Source: Octopus vulgaris (Eukaryota). Taken from it: a stretch of 64,000 bases of DNA. The translations under genes and the position numbers were made by a program. The notes under the pieces are model-generated. The model was not told the origin of the DNA. It searched no databases and saw nothing but the letters and a program-made list of their open reading frames with translations. Each line of letters begins with the position of its first letter. Within the stretch, counting starts at the first letter, position 1. Below are positions 1 through 13,542 of this stretch, in pieces. Where the stretch lies: NCBI GenBank assembly GCA_951406725.2, contig OX597816.1, positions 120,714,001 through 120,778,000 on the forward strand, written 5' to 3'.

Positions 1-2464
1 CTAACTAGACAATATAACTTCTCCCTCCACCAACATTACAAAATAAATTTAACCCAAACTACATCAACCATAGACAATATAACAACCCTCAGTACATCCA
101 TAATCTAGTCCACTACACATTCACTCCACCACAAACATACTACCACAGACACACTTTATACCCATTTTCTCCTCACCAAACCAAACACAATACAGACTTC
201 CCACAACAATCCACCTACTACAACCATTTTTTAGACCTAAATCAAAGAAACAGAGATGTGAAATGGAACAAAATGTACAAGAACAACCGAAAATAATCAA
301 CTTATCAAAGAAAATCCTAAGTACTACACAAACTAAAATTTTAGCGAATGGCTTAAAGTTTACACCAACCCCTTGCAGATCGAACTCGAATGAAATCAAG
401 GATAACACTATGGATTTTTACTGAAAATTGCACCTCACAGAAGCACTGCACAACTACACCAGCTTAGATGACTCAATAGTAAAAAACAAAAGTGAATACT
501 GTTCTACAAAAAGGCAGAAATAAAGTACTTAATGGTTTTTGTGAGCACATTACCAATTTTCCTTTCAATACCCTACAAAAACAACGAATCAAATCCAGCC
601 TTAACACAAATGAAAGGAAAAACCTAATCGAATTAAAAAATAATGTAAACCTGACCATAAAAGAAGCTGATAAAATAAGTGCGGTAGTAGTGATATAAAA
701 ATTTAATACTCTCCATGTTGGAAAACAATATTTACTATGAGAAGATAGTACAATAAAACCCACAGAAGACACTTAAAAACTTATCCTCCTTACTTCAAAT
801 ACATGGAAAGGGCCTCACAAAAAAAAAAGAAATTGACTATTTATCCAATTTCAAATACAGACCAAATCTATTCTACGGATTACCTAAAATACACAAAAAT
901 CCACATATTTGTAAAGCTTGCACAGATTCTCCAAGCCTATGCATTAATGTTCCTCCTCCTACTGACCTCAAACTAAAACCCATCATTGCTGGCCCTGATT
1001 GTGAAACTCACCGTGTGAGCAATTTCCTCGACATCTTACTCAAACTATTTCTAAAATATGTGAAAAGCTTCATCAAGCTTCATGCTGAACCACCTCCCGA
1101 AGACAATAAATTGAAGGAACCCTGTTAGTATCATTTGATGTGGTGAACTTGTACACCAATATCCCACACGATTATGGTATAGAAGCAATCACCTTCTAAC
1201 TAGAAAAATACCCAGAAGAGATCCCAGGACGCATCAACTACAGATTCATAATTGCAACACTGAAACTCATCCTACTGAACAACTATTTCATGTTCAATAC
1301 AGTTTACTATCGAAATATTATAGAATTTCAATGGGAACTCGAGCTGCCCCAGTTATAACGAACTTTGTAATGGGATACCTAGAACTTAAAATATACCAAC
1401 CATCACTACAAAAATAAGGCACTTCATTTCATTGCTATTTAAAGGAGAACTGGAAGAGGTATTTAGATGATTGCTTTATACTTTGGAAAGATAGCATGGA
1501 CGAACTCCTCGATTTCAAAATAATGCTCAACAATATAAATAGCAACATACAATTGAACATAGCAATAAACAACTTCCTTTTCTTGACATTCTAATTAAAA
1601 TAGTTAATAACTACATCGAAATAGACATCTATAAACCCACAGATTCAAAACAATACCTATTATTCAACTCATGCCACCCCAAGCACGTAAAAGTTTATAT
1701 ACTTTATAATCTAGTGAAAAGAATCTATACCATAGTTTCGGACACCAATACTTGTGAAAGAAGACTCCTTGAACTCAGATCAACACTAATCAAGAGACAT
1801 TACCCGACATCATTAATAAATGATGGGATTAAACGAGCAAAGTAAATAGACATGCGAACATTAAGGGAAGTCAACTGAAATACTACACCAGACTTATAAA
1901 TACATCTCCACACACAACCCTAGAAACAGTGAGGCCTTCAACATTACCATCCAAAAATCTACCCATTCTAACAGAAGATAAAACAATGAACAAAATTTTA
2001 GGCTCACACAAAATTATCAAGGGTAAAATGCAACCGGAATAATTGAAAAAAAAGTTAACCAACGCAAGACTATATCCATCAACAACGGAACCAAAAGTGA
2101 AAAAATGTTGTCGGCTTAAGTGTGGCACATTCCCCCACCTTTTGGAGGGTACAGAGTTCCATTTTAAACAAGGTGAAATATTTAAGATAAAATCAAATTT
2201 TACTTGTGCCTCGGAAAACCTAATCTATGCCATTACCTAATCTATGCCATAGAAGAACAACTTCACAATGAATAAATCCGCTACCTACAATGCAGACAGA
2301 TACGGGTCAGTGAACACATAGAAAGGTGTGCAAGGAACCTTAATCCTAACGTCCTAATTTTCCCTTTCTAGCAATGTTCACAGAACACTTCAGTACAGCA
2401 AAAAATAAATAAAGAGGCAACTTTAATCTATAAATATCATCCACAACTCAACATGAACACATAA
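1..2464 (+). mobile_element. Penelope-like retroelement (RT + GIY-YIG endonuclease), decayed ORF; 5' end may lie outside the window
   Basis: Frameshifted translation gives PLE motifs in order: NLSKKIL..ILANGLKFTPTP (~300-372), IKEADKISAVV (~657), FYGLPKIHK (~871), RYLDDCF (~1457), FTCASENLIYAIT (GIY-YIG start, ~2198), LIYKYHPQLNMNT* (to 2464). Many stops and frameshifts. Confidence 0.9.
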
Positions 2465-2483
2465 CGTAATTCAGAACACTACT

Positions 2484-2824
2484 CGGCGACCCCCTTCGGT
2501 CACGACACAGACCATGGGATTGCACATAGAAAGTTACCCTCCTAGACGCAAGTCCGGGCGAGGTTGTTTATGGAAGACCAGCAGTCGCCCATGCATACCA
2601 GCCTCCCCTCTCCACGCCACCAGTGTTATCCAAGGGAAAGACAAAGGTCGATACAGCTTGGCACCAGTGACGTCGCAACTCATTTCTACAGCTGAGTGAA
2701 CTGGAGCAACGTGAAATAAAGTGCCTTGCTCAAGAACACAACACGCAGCCCGGTCCGGGATTCGAGCTCACAACCTCACGATCGTAAGCTCGACGCTCAA
2801 ACCACTGAGCCATGCGCCTTCACA
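2484..2824 (-). mobile_element. tRNA-derived SINE, family A
   Basis: Minus strand begins GAAGGCGCATGGCTCAGTGG (A box) with a B-box-like GCTCGAATCC. Homologous copies at 12455 and 22137. Flanked by ACACTACT direct repeat (2476-2483, 2822-2829). Confidence 0.85.
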
Positions 2825-2994
2825 CTACTAACCTTACCAATAATACCACTAATTCCCATACATCCTATACACCATTCATATTACAGTATTATATCTACTA
2901 TAATTGCACCACTTCCAGAACTGCTTACCTCCCTTGTATATAATCTTTTTACTCAGGGAGTAGTAGATCCGACACCGTTTGGAAATCGATGCTC

Positions 2995-3042
2995 ATTCAA
3001 AGCCAGTGAGCAGGTTTTGACGATACCGGTATGACTTTGAAT
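2995..3042 (+). ncRNA. Degenerate hammerhead ribozyme relic downstream of the Penelope ORF
   Basis: ATTCAAAG/CTTTGAAT closing stem around CCAGTGAG...CGATACCGGTA, a mutated CTGATGAG...CGAAACCGGT core. Confidence 0.4.
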
Positions 3043-3234
3043 CACTTTAACAATTCAAAATAATGACTTTTCTTCCTCCTCAGTTCCTCTAATTGTATAT
3101 ATTTATCGTTACTTTTCATAAAAAAAGCCTTTATTTTTTATATCTAATGTGCATTTTCGCTTTTTTCTTCTTACTTTCCCCATTTCTTTTATGTGTGTGT
3201 GTGTGTGCGCGCGCGCACGTATACATGTATATAT

Positions 3235-3282
<48 letters not shown>

Positions 3283-4579
3283 TACATATACTCATATAAA
3301 TGCATGACAATGGCAAGAGTTTTTCTTCTGTTTCATAAGGACTAACGGCTCAGGAGCCGCCACGATGATCTGTGATGACCTTTGCTCATGTCCAAAGTAG
3401 CAAACCGCCTCTCCTTCCCAGACAACCTGTTCTATGCCTGGAACAGCCCGCTAGAAACGGCACTGTACTATTCTGGGTGTAAACCAGTAATGTAAACCAA
3501 CCCTAATATTCTCAATTTAGTCTGCGATCACTTTGCCGTATGATGGGTGGCACATCGTGCACCTATGCAGGCGGTGTCGATTTCATGGAGGAAGTGAGCT
3601 CATCTGCATGTATAAATGCATGTGTGTATATACATGAATGCATAAATATATGCATATTTATCTATATGTATGTGTCTATATATTTGTGTATTTTTAATAC
3701 ACACACACATACACACACATATATATGTATCTGTGTGCATACATAAATATATGTATTATATGATATAATATACGCATATATATATATACATAAATACACA
3801 GACACATGTAAGTAGATATATACATCTGCATATACAAACGTGTCATACATAACACGTATGAATATATGTACGTGTGTGTATGTTTGTGTGTGTATGTGTG
3901 TATATGTGTGTGTACGCGCGCGCATGCGTTTGAACATACTATATTTATTTATTTAAACAAATGCTTGCATGTTCCAGTCTGTTTCATTCCAAACGAAACT
4001 TTTTGAAGCATTGAAACGAAAACAAGGAATTGTCATTAAATATTGGACATCGTGGAGGTTGGCTGGGGAGAAGAGAAACGAACCAATAATCGGTGAGATA
4101 CATAGGAATCTTTCACATTCCATTTAGTGTGAAAAATAACGGTATTTAATTATATTAATGTGTGAAAGATGGTTCTGAATAATAAGCAGTAGTTAGAATT
4201 AACAGATTGACGAATTAAAATGAAAATGATTGAATTTGGCAAGAAGCGATTAAGAAGAAGGGAATACACCTGCTAATAGCTTGAGGAAACTTACGTCTTG
4301 GATAAATTAAATTTAAATATTTAGTTGCTTATGAAAAGTATGACAAAGGGGGATCTATATAAAATAGCTATATTTACACACACACACACACACACATAGC
4401 TAGAGATAGATAGATACGACGGGTTTCTACACAGTTTCCATCTAAAAGATTTACTGACAAGTTATTGATTGGTTCAAGGCTATAGTAGAAGACGCTTGCC
4501 CAAGGTGCTGTGTAGTGGGTGTGAACCCTAAACCTATGTGGTCACAAAGCGAGTTTCTTAACCATATGTGTGTATTTTT

Positions 4580-5194
4580 AAAGGATGCGGTGAATAAATT
4601 GTCGTCTAAATTACGCAAAAATAAAATAACATATCTCATTTTAACAAATATATTTACCAAAATTACATGAAAATATCTAGAAATACTAAAGAGTAAACCT
4701 ATTCAATAAAATCACCATTGACTTCAACCACGGCCTCCAGACGACTTCGGATTATCCTGCAACTCTTCTGAACGGTCTCCTTATTTAAGCTGGTGAATGC
4801 TGCCATAATCCTTACCTTCAGTTCATCTTTGGTGTTACAAGGAATTTTGTTGGTTCCTCGCTCAACTGGACCCACACATAACAATCAAGGGGCTGCGGTC
4901 TGGGGAGTTAGGTGACTAGATGTAAGGGTGATGTGGTCGCAGAAATTGTCTGACAGCTATGAGTGGGTAGTCCTGCTTGTGAGGCATGGTACAGAGTCCT
5001 GTTGCCAGACTTAGGGCCTTCCAGCAGCCACACTCTTGGTCCAGAGCAGCACTACCTCCTCCAGGCACTTGATGTAGGCCTCCGTGTTGAATCTGAGGCC
5101 GTTTGGGAAGATAAATGATCCTACAATACTATGTAGTCGACAAAATCAAAAACAAACAATGCGCATGCACGGAATTAAAAATTTAACCATCGCA

Positions 5195-5198
<4 letters not shown>
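4580..5198 (-). mobile_element. Internally deleted Tc1/mariner element (DD37D/maT-like)
   Basis: Minus-strand transposase C-terminus: VWQQDS...PNSPD..PLD.YVW and CNTKDELKVRI...RSRLEAVVEVNGDFIE*. About 37 aa between the last two Asp after restoring two frameshifts. Degenerate TIRs AGGATGCGGTGAATAAATT / AATTTAACCATCGCACCA. Confidence 0.8.
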
Positions 5199-5248
<50 letters not shown>

Positions 5249-5261
5249 TTTTCTTTTTTTT

Positions 5262-5651
5262 TTTTCTTTTATTTGTTTCAGTCATTTGACTGCGGCTATG
5301 TTGGAGCACCGCCTTTAGTCGAGCAAATCGACCCCAGGACTTATTCTTTGTAAGCTTATACTTATTCTATCGGTCTCTTGTGCCAAACCGCTAAGTTACG
5401 GGGACGTAAATACACCACCATCGGTTGTCAAGCGATGGTGAGGGGACAAACACATACACGCAACCACACACACACACACACACGCAAACATATATTTACA
5501 CGACGGGTTTCTTTCACTTTCCGTCTACCAAATCCACTCACAAGGCTTTGGTCGGCCCGAGACTTGCCCAAGATCCCAAGATTCCACACAGTGCGAGTAA
5601 ACCTAGAACCATGTGGTTGGGAAGCAAGCTACTTACCATACAGCCACTCCT

Positions 5652-5655
<4 letters not shown>
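5262..5655 (-). mobile_element. tRNA-derived SINE, family B
   Basis: Minus-strand head GCGCAGGAGTGGCTGTATGG, central (CA)n linker, tail ...CAGTCAAATGACTGAAACAA. Many homologous copies in the window. Confidence 0.85.
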
Positions 5656-5701
<46 letters not shown>

Positions 5702-5731
5702 CATACAAAGAGAGAGAGAGTGGGAGAGAGT

Positions 5732-6975
5732 GTAGGATAAAAGCCCCTCTGACAAAGCCTCCGGACAAAAGTCCCACGGTTATATTTTCGGTTATTTCTT
5801 TGTTTTTCTCACCTTTTACGTGTTTTACTCATTAAACTGTGGCGATACTGGGGCACCGCCTTGAAGAATTTTTAGTTGAACGTATCGACCCCAGAATTTT
5901 TTTTAAGGGTTTTCGACCAGCGGATGAAGTTAAGCCTAGAAGGTGTCTCTACATGCTACAAATAACAGCCAAATCATTTGAAATATTTTTCATAACACCC
6001 TCGGTTATATATTTTGGTTATTCTTCGTTTTTTTTTTTTTCTAAAAATCTTTTTACTTGTTTAAGTTATTGAACTGTGGCCATGCTGGGGCACCGCCTTG
6101 AACAATTTTTAGTCGCAGAAAAATCAGCATTTTAAAATATAAATTTGAAGTCTTTTTGTTTTCTTCTCTCATTACTTACAGATTAATGAGAATGAGCTCA
6201 AGCTTTGAACTTTTTCCGGCTGTTAAAAGTCTAACAGAATTATGGCACCGAATTATGGCATAATTATGGCATAATTATGGCACAGAATTATGGCATTCAA
6301 ACGTAATTCTTATCGTTTTTGTTTCTACACATTTCTTGAAGTAAATGCTTTCCCTTTTATTAGAATTCAGACAATATGTAAATTGAGTTGTAAAGAATCT
6401 TGTGTTCTGTTATTCTATTCTACTTATTTATTTTCGATTGAATATATTTTGTTTACTTAAAAATTGGAATTTTGGAAAACAAAAGTTCTTTTTTACAACT
6501 ACGATTTCCGTTTGTGTTTACGTGAAATTATAAAAATAATTTAAAAAAAAAAGATTTTGCTGTTATTTGTAGCATGTGGAGAAGCCTTCTAGGCTTACTT
6601 CATACTCTGGTTGAAAAATCATTAAAAATATTCTGCTGTCGATACATTTGACTAAAAATTCCTCAAGGTGATGTCCCAGCATAGCCGCAGTCTAATGACT
6701 ACAACAAGTAAAAAGAAAAAAAAAACCAAATATATCCATACAGCCATCTAAAAATATTTCAAGATGGTGCCCCAGCATTGCCGATCGCAGTCTAATAACT
6801 GCAACTAGTAAAAAAAATTCTGGGGTCGATACGTTCAACTAAAAATTCATTAAGGCGGTACCGCTGCATGGCCACAATCTAATGGCCGAAACAAGTATAA
6901 GGTGAAAAAAACAAAAAAAAAAAACGAAAAATATAACCGTGGGGCGTTTGTCCGTAGGGAGGGGGCTTTTGTCCG

Positions 6976-6978
<3 letters not shown>
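5732..6978. mobile_element. Foldback/MITE-like element with long modular inverted arms
   Basis: 5734-5903 is the reverse complement of ~6810-6976 (ends GGATAAAAGCCCCT / AGGGGGCTTTTGTCC). 5905-5976 is the reverse complement of ~6553-6623. Confidence 0.75.
6236..6296 (+). repeat. Minisatellite (AATTATGGCA core x5)
   Basis: Five tandem copies of AATTATGGCA with 1-4 nt spacers. Confidence 0.9.
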
Positions 6979-7008
<30 letters not shown>

Positions 7009-7071
7009 ATGTGTGTGTGTGCGCGCGTATGTGGGGGGTATGTATGTATGTGTATATATATATATATATAT

Positions 7072-7136
<65 letters not shown>

Positions 7137-7137
<1 letters not shown>

Positions 7138-7366
7138 TTCTTTACTACCCACAAGGGGCTAAACACAGAGGGGACAAACAAGGACAGACAAACATATTAT
7201 GTCGATTATATCGACCCCAGTGCGTAACTGGTACTTAATTTATCGACCCTGAAAGGATGAAAGGCAAAGTCGACCTCGGCGGAATTTGAACTCAGAAGGT
7301 AACGGCAGACGAAATACGGCTACGCATTTCACCCGGCGCGCTAACGTTTCTGCCAGCTCGCCGCCC
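7137..7366 (-). mobile_element. tRNA-derived SINE, family C (Meta-like core), with Tx1-LINE-type 3' tail, inserted in (GATA)n
   Basis: Minus strand: GGCGGCGAGCTGGCAGAAACG (A box), GAGTTCAAATTCC (B box), core GCCTTTCATCCTTTCAGGGTCGATAAATTAAGTACCAG, tail TTTGTCCCCTCTGTGTTTAGCCCCTTGTGGGTAGTAAAGAAA. (GATA)n on both sides (7072-7136, 7367-7424). Confidence 0.88.
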
Positions 7367-7425
<59 letters not shown>

Positions 7426-7427
7426 GT

Positions 7428-9765
7428 CCGTGATTCCGAACGTGGGGCATGGTAATATTTTGGTGGGGCATGCGTAGGGTTATGTTGAATTTATACCTCT
7501 TGTACACAATTGAACGAAGTGTATGTCCGTGTTAATATATACAGTGCATATACAGTATGTAGATATACATAAAAAATTTTGTCGACATTTATATTCCATA
7601 TTCAGAATTTTTTGTTTTGAATATGTCTTTAAATAATTCTTAATTATTCAATTATTTTTCATGTTTATTCTAATTACTTTGAATATAAACTCTTTATGTC
7701 CCAATTTACTATTAGGAAAAATAGCCGACAAGCCGTATTAACACCACCAAGATATTAAAGATTTATCAAATAATTTTATTTCTTTGCATAAAATGAGTAG
7801 TGCAAGTAAAAACAAAGTTCATCAATGTTCAGAGGAATATTTAAAATTTGGATTTATACCCACTATCCACGCCTCTTATGGCAACAATGCTTGACTAACG
7901 AATCAATGAACCAAATCAATGAACCAAATCGTCTTGAGTTGCATTTGAAGACGAAACATGTAAATTCATATTTAAATTATTTTAAGTCTTTAAAGGAGAA
8001 GTTTGCAAAAAGATAGACAATAATATCTCTGTTTACTACACAAACTGCTAGCGCCCGTCGTACTCTTGAGGCTAGTTATGAAATCTCATTACTCATTGCT
8101 AAATGTGGAAAAAAATCATACTATTGGAGAGGATTTAATTAAACCATCAATATCAGCATTTTTAAAACAATCCTGGAAAAAGATGACAAAGTTGTTCAAG
8201 CCATGCTACTCAGTAACAATATTGTTAGTAGAACACTACATGAAATGAATGAAGGTATTGAAACACAACTTGTTGAAAAGCTGAAATCAAGAAAATTCTC
8301 ATTAAAATTGACGAATCATCTCTAAGAGATAGCGAGGTTGTATTGATAAACTATGCAAGATATATTGATAAAGGTGAATTTGATGAAGATATGATATTCT
8401 ACAAATCATTAGACTCCACCACTACCGCCACTGATATATATATGATGAGTTAAAAAATTACTTGGATATCAAAATTATACCGATAGAGAACGTAACATCT
8501 TGTGCTGCAGCTGGTGCTCCTGTTATGATGGGCAAGAAAAAAGGCTGCTTAAAATTAATGAAAGATGAGAATCCAGAAATTCCTCTTGTGCACTGTGTTA
8601 TTTAATGGGGTACTAAAATCAGTTATAAAATGAATCAATGGTAGCAAAGCTAATGCCAAATGTGAGCGTCTTTTCAAGCAGTTTTGTGAAAATAAAAATG
8701 CAGACTGTGAGACTTCTATCTCACACTGAGGTAAAGTGGCTCTCAACGGGGAACTATTTGATGTTCGTAGTGACATTTTAAGTGACGAACCTGAAATGAA
8801 GCACCTGCTAACCGTTGATGGTAAAGCATTTATGAGTTATTTGACAGATATCTTTGAAAAACTGAATATGTTAAATAAACATCTTTAAGGATCAAATAAA
8901 ACTCTTGTTAGTGCAACGATTAAGATATTTGGCCTTGTTACATTCATTAAGCTATGTCGAAAAAATATTTCTGACAAAATATTTGACCAGTTTCATTGGC
9001 TAAAATGTGAGGTGACCGATGCTGCTGCACTTGTCATTGTGGATCATCTGAAAATATTGGCCTCTCATTTGAAAGAAAGATTTTCTGATTTAAAACAAAT
9101 TGATTTTCCAGCATGGATGATGCAGCCAATGCTAGTGGAAATATCTGATGCTTCGATATACTACCAAGAACTCCCGGAAATGTAAAATGATGAGTCAATT
9201 AAAACTTTATCCAATATAAAATGAGTGATGTCATGGCTTTGTGATGACACACAAACCAAATACCCAAGTTCAACCAACTTTACAAGAAAATTGTTGTTAC
9301 CGTTCCTATCTTCATATTTAGCTGAATGTGGCTTTAGTGCTGTAAATGATTTGTTATTGAAGAAAGAAATCAACTGGATATCACTAAACGAGGAAACTCG
9401 AGACTAGAGCTGACTAAATTGGTGCCTAATGTAAAACCTCTCTGTAGCAGGCATGAAGCACAAGGATCTCATTAACTTTAGTTTGCTTTTTCTATATTCA
9501 AACATTTTATATTTCAGCATTTCAGTTCTCTATTACATGTTTTTGAAACTTTATTTATTTAACTACCCTTCCATTTTTTCTTTTTCTTTTTCATGAATGC
9601 CACGTTCTTCGGAAGCTTGTTTAGAGACTAAGTTAACAGCCTTTTAAGCTTCCTCCAAGTGAAGAGTAATAATATTTTGAATAACAAAATTAATTATCAC
9701 AATGGGGCATCAGGACTTTAGAAATGATTCGGTGAAGCATGGCCAAAAATCTGTTGGAACCACTG
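7428..9765 (+). mobile_element. hAT DNA transposon (Buster/Charlie group), near full-length, decayed transposase 7793-9475
   Basis: Ends CCGTGATTCCGAAC / GTTGGAACCACTG (CAGTGGTTCC-type TIR). ORF relic starts MSSASKNKVHQCSEEYLKFGF, includes HTIGEDLIKP and LLLPFLSSYLAECGFSAV, ends EAQGSH*. Confidence 0.9.
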
Positions 9766-9781
9766 ATATATATATAGATAA

Positions 9782-9920
<139 letters not shown>

Positions 9921-10152
9921 TATATGTGTGTGTGTGTGTAACTGCTTGGACTGTGGGTACATGTCTATTAGTATTTCGATTAAAGCACATTCACCTTTTG
10001 GACTACTTGATATCAAGAATTACAATATAATTTTCGTTGCATCTGCGTCAGAAAATCCGCTGTGTTTGTTGAGTTATAATTCATGGGGGAAACAGAAAAT
10101 GGATTTAGAATAAAGACACATATTAAACCCATCGTCCATTTCCCTCGTCAAT

Positions 10153-10194
<42 letters not shown>

Positions 10195-10199
<5 letters not shown>

Positions 10200-10419
10200 G
10201 TTAGCTGAAAAGCTTTATGGTAGCTTTATGGATTTCGCGAAAGGCCTGGTTGGAAGAGGCCTAACCCTTTCGAGTTCTTTTACTGTGCTTAGAAAAACTA
10301 AAGGACCGCTGCAACAAGTGTGTGAATTTGAGGAAGAAATATGTTGAATAAAATCATAATTAACTGATCCTCCTGAATTTTTTTTTACCCAAAGCCAGAA
10401 ACTTTTCAGCACCCCCTTG
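10195..10419. mobile_element. Mariner-type MITE
   Basis: TIRs CGAGGGTTAGCTGAAAAG / CTTTTCAGCACCCCCTTG-TA. A second copy lies in the opposite orientation at ~22926-23143. Confidence 0.75.
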
Positions 10420-10476
10420 TATATATACATACATACATGCATGCATGTAAAGGTCCAGTAATGGTCAGCTTGCAGT

Positions 10477-11760
10477 CTACGGATTCCTGAATCCATACTT
10501 GGTGCGTGTTATTAATACGTCCAGGAATGCCAGCCGATTGTCTTTTTCCTTTTCCATTGTGAACTGCATGGATGGCTTTATTGAGTTCACATGATCTTCC
10601 TGGTGGGGCCAGAGTATAAAGGTGTCATCAACATATCGTAGCCATAGTGTTGGTTCTAGTGTTGTGGATCCTAAAGATAAATTCTCAAAGTATTCCATGT
10701 ATATACTGGCTATTACTGGTGATAATGGCGAACCCATAGCTAAACCCTCCTTTTGTCGATATATATCAGTGTCCATACTGAAGTAGGTAGTTTCTACACA
10801 GAAGGTCAACATTTCCATCAAGTTTCTTATTGGTATACTAGTGCATTCTTTTAGATGGGTGCGTGTCACTAGTTTTTCTTGTATCACCGATAGTGCTTCA
10901 CCAGTTGGGACTTTGGTGAACAGGCTTATCACATCTAGACTCACCATCTGGTTGGATTCAATGGGAGTATCCTTGATCAATTCTGTGAAGTGGGTGGAAT
11001 TCTTCACGTACGATGTTGACTTTCCTGCTAATGGACTGATTATATCCACAAGGAAGCGGCTCAGTGGATAACATGCTGAACCACCACAGCTCACTATAGG
11101 TCTTAATGGAATACCATCCTTGTGAATCTTACGGGGACCGTACATGTGTGGTAGCTTACTGTGGTGTTGGGTCAGTTGTCTGTACTTCATTGGTGTAAAG
11201 TGATCCTTGTTCTTGATCAAGATCTGTGACAACTTCCTCTCTGTTTGCAGAGTTGGGTCTTTCTTTACTTTGCTGTAGCTGCCATCACTTATACGACTTG
11301 CCAACTTTTCATAGTAGTCTGACTTGTTCATCACCACTGTAGCATTTCCCTTGTCCGCGTTGGAAGTATTATGATGGAATTGTCACTCTGTAGTCTTTTG
11401 ATAGCGAACTTTTCTTCCTTAGTGATATTTGGTTTAGGAAGTTTTGCTTTTTCCAGTACCTGTCTCACTTCCCACCTTAGTTCATCTCTCTGAGCCTTTG
11501 GTATCTTTATGGCTATCTCTTCAATAGGGGCTATTATATCCAAGCATGGAATACGCTTGATGGTTGCCGCAAAGATGAGACCTTTGTTTAGTACTGCTTC
11601 TTCAGAGTTTCTTCTTACATTCAGTTTCTTCTCGATAACTTTATCAATGAGCATAACTTCTCCTTTCCACTGTTTAAAAAGAAGCCTGTTGCATATTTTG
11701 TTAAAGTCATTTAAATCCTTTCGTCGATGTTTGCTTCTTTTGTTCAAGAGTAGGATCTTG
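10477..11760 (-). mobile_element. Penelope-like element fragment (RT domain), 3'-truncated
   Basis: ORFs 11331-11747 and 10477-11337 joined by a frameshift: VLNKGLIFA, LPHMYGPRKIHKDGIPLRPIVS, SLDVISLFT, GLAMGSPLSPVIA, WLRYVDDTF, LAFLDV. Confidence 0.92.
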
Positions 11761-12454
11761 TATGTGTTCGAGTGTGAATTGTATAAACGTTATATTTGTT
11801 GATGTATAAGGAAGAAACAGCAATGTGCGTATGCCTAGAAATTATTATTGTTGCTGTTGTAGTTGTTGTACTTTCACTTTTGTTTAAAATAATTTGGATG
11901 ATATGTTTACAATCTTTGGGTTTCATATTAGGTGAACACAATAGGATGTTGAGAATTGTTTTAAGTACTTCGTTGTAAAAGGTAAAAAGAAAAGCAAAGA
12001 AAAAGAATATTTGTTTAGAGTAAACATCGAATATGCGGAGCTCCATATAATCTTCAATTTATTATTTTTGTTACATTGTATGGCTATGTGTAGGCTGAAA
12101 TAGGAAATGTTTATTTGCGTTTCAATACGGAAAATTTTCTTGTTAGAATATTATTTACTTACAAAAAATATTAGATTTTCCCGAGTTTCAAAAGAGCCAA
12201 AGAGAAAATACTTGGAAATTATTCGGTGAATTGCATTAAATCTTAACGAATTCCTGGTGGCTTGTGCGGCGTTCACACATATTCGCACGCAAACACTCTA
12301 CACACCCCACGCATATATTCTTTTATATAATATATATGCATACATATGAATATGTTCATGTACGTATATATTGATATATATATATTAATATGAATGCATG
12401 TATATATAAACTTATGTACACACATATATAAATATATAAGATAATGGGTAAAGA

Positions 12455-12785
12455 TTCCTTTGGGTCTTGAATGACCATGGGATTGCACCTAGAAAGGTAC
12501 CCTTTGAAGCACAAGTCCGGGTAAGGTTGTTTATGGAAGACCAGCGGTCACCCTGCATACTGGTCTCCCCGCTCCACGCCACTGATGTTATCCAAGGGAA
12601 AGACAAAGGCTGATGCAGCTTGGCACCAGAGAAGTCGCAACTCGTTTCCACAGCTGAGTGAACTAGAGCAACTTGAAATAAAGTGTCTTGCTCAAGAACA
12701 CAATACACACTCCGGTCCAGGAATCGAACTCACTACCTTATGATTGTGAGCCCGACGTTCTAACCACTGAGATATGTGCCTTCAC
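12455..12785 (-). mobile_element. SINE family A copy
   Basis: Colinear with 2484-2824 (CCATGGGATTGCAC..., CAGCTGAGTGAACT...). Confidence 0.85.
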
Positions 12786-12823
12786 CATAAATATATATAA
12801 ATGTACATATACATACACACATA

Positions 12824-12856
<33 letters not shown>

Positions 12857-13334
12857 ACACAACTATTAGTTGCTTCTGAACATATTTGTATATTGTTCCT
12901 TTAAATCCAATATTGAGAAAAGGAAGTTATGTTTTTCAATATGGTTTCAGGAATATGTATAAGCTTATACCTACGCAACAAGTACAACTGATTTTGACGT
13001 TATCTTTACTAAATGGTTTGAATAGGTGGTTGTATTGAGAATGTTATGTATAAGATGTATAAGATGAAATAAGCTTGTGGCTATATTACATGATACATTC
13101 AATGAAGAAGGAATTGTCTTTTATTTATTATTATTTGGGGTGTGGTGCGGTATAATGGTCTATCTAGTATCGTGACAACAGACAACATGCATTATAACGT
13201 GGCACTACTCGACTGTCGAATTCATTCTTCGAATCCTAAATATATGGATTCAAAAGCATCATGTCAGTACATGTGACAATCGTTATAGTGAAACTTCTGG
13301 CTTCTACAAAAGAGCAAGCTCAGCATAACCAACG

Positions 13335-13349
13335 ATAATAATAATAATG

Positions 13350-13428
<79 letters not shown>

Positions 13429-13542
13429 CAACAACAACAACAACAATAATAATGATAATGACGACGACGACGACGACGACGATGACGACGACGACGACGA
13501 CGACGACGACGATGATGATGATGATGATGATGATGATGGTGA
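13335..13542. repeat. Compound trinucleotide microsatellite (AAT)n(AAC)n(GAC)n(GAT)n
   Basis: Direct inspection. Confidence 0.95.

Noticed and set aside
2740-2824. tRNA gene
   Set aside because: A/B boxes belong to SINE heads that continue into repeat bodies; no complete cloverleaf.
6236-6296. CRISPR-like short repeats
   Set aside because: 10-bp units without unique spacers, eukaryotic context, no cas genes.
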